Source: Macrostomum lignano
Lineage: Eukaryota
DNA length: 64,000 nucleotides
Assembly (NCBI GenBank): GCA_002269645.1
Contig: NIVC01001622.1
Coordinates: forward strand, 1 to 64,000
Direction of reading: 5' to 3'
Shown piece by piece: positions 59,201 to 64,000 of the stretch; positions within the stretch are counted from its first letter, which is position 1, and each line of letters starts with the position of its first letter. The position numbers were made by a program, and so were the translations under genes. The notes under the pieces are model-generated. The model searched no databases. It saw only the letters and a list, made by a program, of their open reading frames with translations, and was not told where the DNA came from.

Positions 59201-61635
59201 GATGTTTTTTGAAGCCTCAAGAAATTTTCCATCTTTTAGTAACACTCTAAAAAATAATTGATTTCAGAAAGAATGCAGTCCGACATAATGACAGTACGGG
59301 CTGTGCTGCATAGTGAGTTATCAGGACCGCTCATCAATGTTCTACCATGCAAGCTTTATCTTAGAATTACTGATGGTCTATTGATAGCATGGCTTCTAGT
59401 AGCTTTGATGCAGTTCACTTCGAATGCTAAATGAATTGCACTTTTCACAAATTTTACTTTGACTTGGTATTTGGCTATTTAGATTTAATTACTTTTTTAT
59501 TTGCTATTATTCTGCTTTATTACTGCTCTTTGTAGCTCTTAGCAACGTGGTTGTAGCCTAGTGGTTAAGATCTAGAGCGTCGGACTCACGACTGAAAGGT
59601 CGGAGGTTCGATTCTCGACCCACTCGGACGATAACTTGCGTCCTTTAGCAAGACACTTATAACTCTGCATTGCTTCAGTTCACCCAGCTGTAAAATGGGT
59701 GCCAGCATTAGCTGGGGTAATTGAGGCTGTGTTTGGCGACCCCCCCCCCCAGTCTTTGACTGAACAGCCGTACGCAGCCTTCAGATGCGCCGCGCAATAG
59801 CTGCGGCTGAGCTGTCGGTTGCACATCTGCTCATTAGGGCAGGTGTAACCAATTATTAATATTATTTTAGTAGTATGCTTTTTAGTACTACGAGTATATA
59901 GCCTGTGTTATATAAGAGCGTACAGCTTGAAGAACACAATGCACGAATCATAACATTTATTTGAATTTATCCAGATCTAACGGTGACAGTGTTTTCGCCA
60001 CCTCTAGTCCTTAATTAAACCCTTTGTGCTTACTTAAGCTAGTTTGGTTTATCTAGAAGCGATGGATGCCCACTGGCTGGAGGTAGTTGGGGCAGGCCAG
60101 AGGGGTGTTGGGGCAGGCCGAAGGGGTGTGGTTGGGCAGGCCGGAGGGGTGTTGGGGCAGGCCGAAGGGGTGTGGTTGGACAGGCCGGAGGGGTGTTGGG
60201 GCAGGCCGGAGGGGTGTTGGGGCAGGCCGGAGGGGTGTTGGGGCAGGCCGGAGGGGTGTTGGGGCAGGCCGGAGGGGTGTTGGGGCAGGCCGGAGGGGTG
60301 TTGGGGCAGGCCGGAGGGGTGTTGGGGCAGGCCGGAGGGTGTTGGGGCAGGCCGGAGGGGTGTTGGGGCAGGCTGGAGGGGTGTTGGGGCAGGCCGGAGG
60401 GGTGTTATGGCAGGCCTAGCGACTCGCGATTACTTATGGGGTTCCAATACTAACTTTAAGGAATTCTATTGGCTGAGAAAGCATGGCCTAACCCAATACG
60501 CCTCTGAGGCCTTCGCTCGCTGATTGGCCAGCCAATCAGGGACGTGCGTCAGACCGAGAAGTCTTATTAGTCAATTAACTACGTGATTCATCTTATTCAC
60601 AAATTCATGAATTTCAGGCAAGCTGGCCAGATTTCGACGCGAGAAAAAAGCAGCAAAAACGCTCGGCATAGTTGTCGGCGTCTTCATTGTCTGCTGGCTG
60701 CCGTTCTTTTTCCTCTATCCGTTCAGTGAGTTGGGCGAATCTTAGCTCAGTAGAGACCTGCTCGTACGATATTATTTTCAGTATGCAGATTTGCATATAC
60801 TGACTTGACGTCAAGTGCATACTTGTAATAATGTGTGGTGTTTAGTGCGTCTTTTAGTGCCACAGGTGAGATGTTAGTGCTACAGGAGAGTGGGCAGGCT
60901 GGAGGGGGTTGGGGGAGGCCAGAGGCGGGATGGGGCATGCTGGAAGGGGGATGGGGCAGGCCGGAGGGGTGGGGTAGCTAGGCTTTAGGACAGTGGGGCA
61001 GGCCAGGGGGTAGAGCAGGTTTTAGGACAGCGGGACAGGCCGGAGTGGGGTGGGGCAGGCTGGAGGGCGGTGGGGCAGGCTGGAGGGGGGTGGGGCAGGC
61101 TGGAGGGGGTGGGGCAGGCTGGAGGGGGTTGGGGTAGGCTGGAGGGGGGTGGGGCAGGCTGGAGGGGGTGGGGCAGGCTGGAGGGGGTGGGGCAGGCTGG
61201 AGGGGGTTGGGGTAGGCTGGAGGGGGGTGGGGCAGGCTGGAGGGCGGTGGGCAGGCTGGAGGGGGTGGGGCAGGCTGGAGGGGGTGGGGCAGGCCGCGGT
61301 GCCAGCTGATTGATTGTAAGGGCAGGCAGGCACAGTCATTCGCTCCAGCAACTTGCAACTTCCTCTCTCATCTAGAATGGATCTTCTGCAAGTCCTGCGC
61401 CATTCCCGAGCTGGCATTCAAGGTGGCCTTCTGGCTGGGCTACTGCAACTCGCTCTGCAATCCGGTCATCTACGCCTGCTGGAACCGCGACTTCCGTCGG
61501 GCATTCGGTCGCATCCTCACCTGTCAGGTGCGACGTGCCAATCGTGCGGGGGCACAGACCCGTGCGACAGCTGCAACCGGGGCCAGGAGTCAGCAGAAGC
61601 CGCTGCTTCTGAATAACTTGTCTGAGTTGCACTGA
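49403..61635 (+). CDS. alpha1-adrenergic-like class A aminergic GPCR, 3 exons (49403-50261, 60618-60725, 61376-61635)
   Basis: GN in TM1, [10 protein letters not shown]3 Asp in [18 protein letters not shown]5 [55 protein letters not shown]. Both junctions are phase 1 and in frame. Confidence 0.93.
50518..51350. repeat. 15-bp minisatellite (GCCCCTGGTGCTAAA)n
   Basis: Direct tandem array. Confidence 0.98.
51475..53198. mobile_element. 1.7-kb non-autonomous DNA element with ~70-bp TIRs
   Basis: 51475-51545 is the near reverse complement of 53130-53198. The terminus GGGACTACT is shared with the foldback MITE. Confidence 0.75.
53463..55900. repeat. 21-bp minisatellite (GATTGTGTCTGAGCCATCAGA)n
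   Basis: Direct tandem array. Confidence 0.98.
56733..57860. repeat. 77-bp satellite, ~14.5 copies, two GTCTATGG motifs per unit
   Basis: Period measured from 56733 to 56810. Confidence 0.97.
58735..59160 (+). repeat. degenerate TTAGG/TTAGGG-rich telomere-like tract
   Basis: (TTAGGTTAGGGAT)n core at about 58900-58990. Confidence 0.85.
59547..59828 (+). mobile_element. tRNA-derived CORE-like SINE, full length with 3' tail
   Basis: Same head, core and tail as the 48976 copy. Confidence 0.87.
60085..60410 (+). repeat. 21-bp G-rich minisatellite (GGGGTGTTGGGGCAGGCCGGA)n
   Basis: Direct tandem array. Confidence 0.95.
60618..60725 (+). CDS. GPCR exon 2 (end of ICL3, TM6)
   Basis: [35 protein letters not shown]; not in the ORF track. 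Confidence 0.93.
60890..61290 (+). repeat. ~21-bp G-rich minisatellite (GGGGTGGGGCAGGCTGGAGGG)n
   Basis: Direct tandem array. Confidence 0.93.
61376..61635 (+). CDS. GPCR exon 3 (ECL3, TM7, C-tail)
   Basis: [30 protein letters not shown]; TGA stop. Confidence 0.93.
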
Positions 61636-61694
61636 GCACAGGCAGGAAGTAGACTGCAGAGAATGCTAATTGGAGGGGGTCGGAAACTGATAGG

Positions 61695-62450
61695 GCACCA
61701 ACGGGCGCCCCTGTCTCTTGGTGGGCGCCCCTGTGTCTTAATTGGTGGGCGCCCCTGTCTCTTGGTGGGCGTCCCAGTGTCTTAATTGGTGGGCGCCCCT
61801 GTGTCTTAATTGTTGGGCGCCCCAGTGTCTTAATTGGTGGGCGCCCCTGTCTCTTAATTGTTGGGCGCCCCAGTGTCTTAACTGGTGGGCGCCCGTCTTT
61901 TGGTGGGCGCCCCTGTCCCTGTCTCTTAATTGGTGGGCGCCCCTGCTGTCTCTTGGTGGGCGCCCCTGCTGTCTCTTGGTGGGCGCCCCTGTGTCTTAAT
62001 TGGTGGGCGCCCCTGTGTCTTAATTGGTGGGCGCCCCTATCGATCTTTTGGTGGGCGCCCCTGTGTCTTAATTGGTGGGCGCCTCTGTCTATAGGTGGGC
62101 GCCACTGTCTCTTGGTGGGCGCCCCTGTCTCTTGGTGGGCGCCCCTGTCTTTTGGTGGGCGCCCCTGTCATTTGGTGGGCGCCCCTGTCTCTTGGTGGGC
62201 GCCCCTGTCTCTTGGTGGGCGCCCCTGTCTCTTGGTGGGCGCCCCTGTCTTTTGGTGGGCGCCCCTGTCTTTTGGTGGGCGCCCCTGTCTCTTGGTGGGC
62301 GCCCCTGTCTTTTGGTGGGCGCCCCTGTCTCTTGGTGGGCGCCCCTGTCTCTTGGTGGGCGCCCCTGTCTTTTGGTGGGCGCCCCTGTCATTTGGTGGGC
62401 GCCCCTGTCTTTTGGTGGGCGCCCCTGTCATTTGGTGGGCGCCCCTACCC
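61695..62450. repeat. 20-bp minisatellite (TTGGTGGGCGCCCCTGTCTC)n just downstream of the GPCR stop
   Basis: Direct tandem array. Confidence 0.96.
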
Positions 62451-63689
62451 GTGTCTTCTATAGGCCGGTGCAGGAAATCACGTCCAAGACAGGTGGCAAA
62501 AGTTGAGCTCCTGCATGTCGTCATTCGTCGGGCTTGTTTGACTCTTTAATCTTGTTGCCCCCCGATTGGGGGGGGGGTTGATTTGACTAAAAATGTGTTC
62601 TGTGCATGTGGCACATCGCGCACCTTTGATTATTGTTGTTAAAACTGACTACAAAAATGTGATACATTGGATTGCGTACATTCAGGCACCCATATACTGA
62701 TTACATGTGCTCATATCTTCTAAAAATGGCTCATTCTATAGGCATAACAGTCAAGTAACATGTATAAATAACCCTTTTGTGCAAAACCGTCACTCTTAAT
62801 ACCATAAAGTCAGAAAATCTCTGATGTTTTATTAAATTAAGTGGCATCAATCAGCATTGTAACTGAACCCATTGATTAATGCACTCATGTAACTCTATTT
62901 ATTCATTGTAACACAGTTCATAAATACTATAATATAACATTTTGCCATCTAAGTGTTAAAACTGCAATAATTATGTTTTCTATGTTTTCTATGTTTTATG
63001 TTTTCCAAAAAGTTTCAAAAAACGATTTGATGTTTTGCATAGAGCTGAATAGGGTTGGGCCATAGACTATTTCTGTATATAAAAATACACTACACCATTT
63101 TACCCTCGATTTTGAACAAGGAGAACTTCGAAACTGACAAACTCCTCTTCAATATTGACACTTTATGGTCGGGCACTCAAAATCTACAATCAATATTGAC
63201 AGATCAAGCTTCAATTTTGACAAACTCTGGTTCAATTTTGACAATGCACGTTTAGTCAACTTCTCCTGAGAGAATTCGGTAACAAAGAAATCCAATGAAA
63301 GCCTGAACGGGGCTGAAGTGAGCTGTGCAATATCAGCTTATTCTGATTTTGCTTTTTGGATCTACAAGATAATTTTTTTTCTTTATCCTTTACACACACA
63401 GACTAAAATAGCCTGTCTGGTTGGGCTGTCAAGTCTGATTCTATTTTGACAGAGTTGCTTCAAAACTGACACTCTATGGTTTGTGTACCCAAAAAGTCCG
63501 CTTCATTTTTGACAACTCCGAATCAATATTGAACAGTTTACAATCGATTTTGACTAAGACATTTTTTGAAATAGATTTTGACAATTTTTACTAAGATTTC
63601 TCTCTTGAGGGGGGGGTTCTTGCTATTTGGGAGAGGGGGTACTGGCTGCATGTATCTACGAGTACATGTATGGGAATCTTTCTATCCAG

Positions 63690-64000
63690 GGATGCTTGCT
63701 ATCTGGGTGGATGTTTGCTACCTGGATGATGCTTGCTATCTGGGGGATGCTTGCTATCTGGGTGGATGTTTGCTACCTGGATGATGCTTGCTATCTGCAA
63801 GATGCTTGCTATCTGCAAGATGCTTGCTATCTGGGGGATGCTTGCTATCTGGGTGGATGCTTGCTATCTGGGGGACGCTTGCTATCTGGGTGGATGCTTG
63901 CTATCTGGGGGACGCTTGCTATCTGCAGGATGCTTGCTATCTGGGTGGATGCTTGCTATCTGGGGGATGCTTGCTATCTGGGTGCACGCTTGCTATCTGG
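63690..64000. repeat. 19-bp minisatellite (GATGCTTGCTATCTGGGTG)n running off the window end
   Basis: Direct tandem array. Confidence 0.95.

Overview
Eukaryotic (animal) genomic DNA with GT-AG introns and very high repeat content. The style suggests an invertebrate such as the flatworm Macrostomum, but that is inference only. Two multi-exon genes lie on the + strand. (1) A giant RNF213/mysterin-like AAA+ ATPase/E3 ligase runs from about 914 to 46116. I can trace 36 exons (about 13.4 kb, about 4,450 codons), and the N-terminus is probably upstream of the window. It carries the dynein-like AAA core (GETGCGKT/FFDE, GKPGSSKS/ILDE), an atypical RING, an intact RZ finger split across a 35-nt micro-exon, and the C-terminal domain. 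At least six one-base-deletion frameshifts and one in-frame TGA interrupt it. (2) A three-exon alpha1-adrenergic-like aminergic GPCR runs from 49403 to 61635. Most introns over 1 kb are filled by a tandem array, each with its own unit (about 30 arrays in total, 4-78 bp units). Other introns hold tRNA-derived CORE-type SINEs, a long foldback MITE family and a 1.7-kb TIR element with a possible tyrosine-recombinase remnant. Most long ORFs in the six-frame track are artefacts of these arrays. Comparisons with vertebrate proteins are from memory of motifs, not from database searches.
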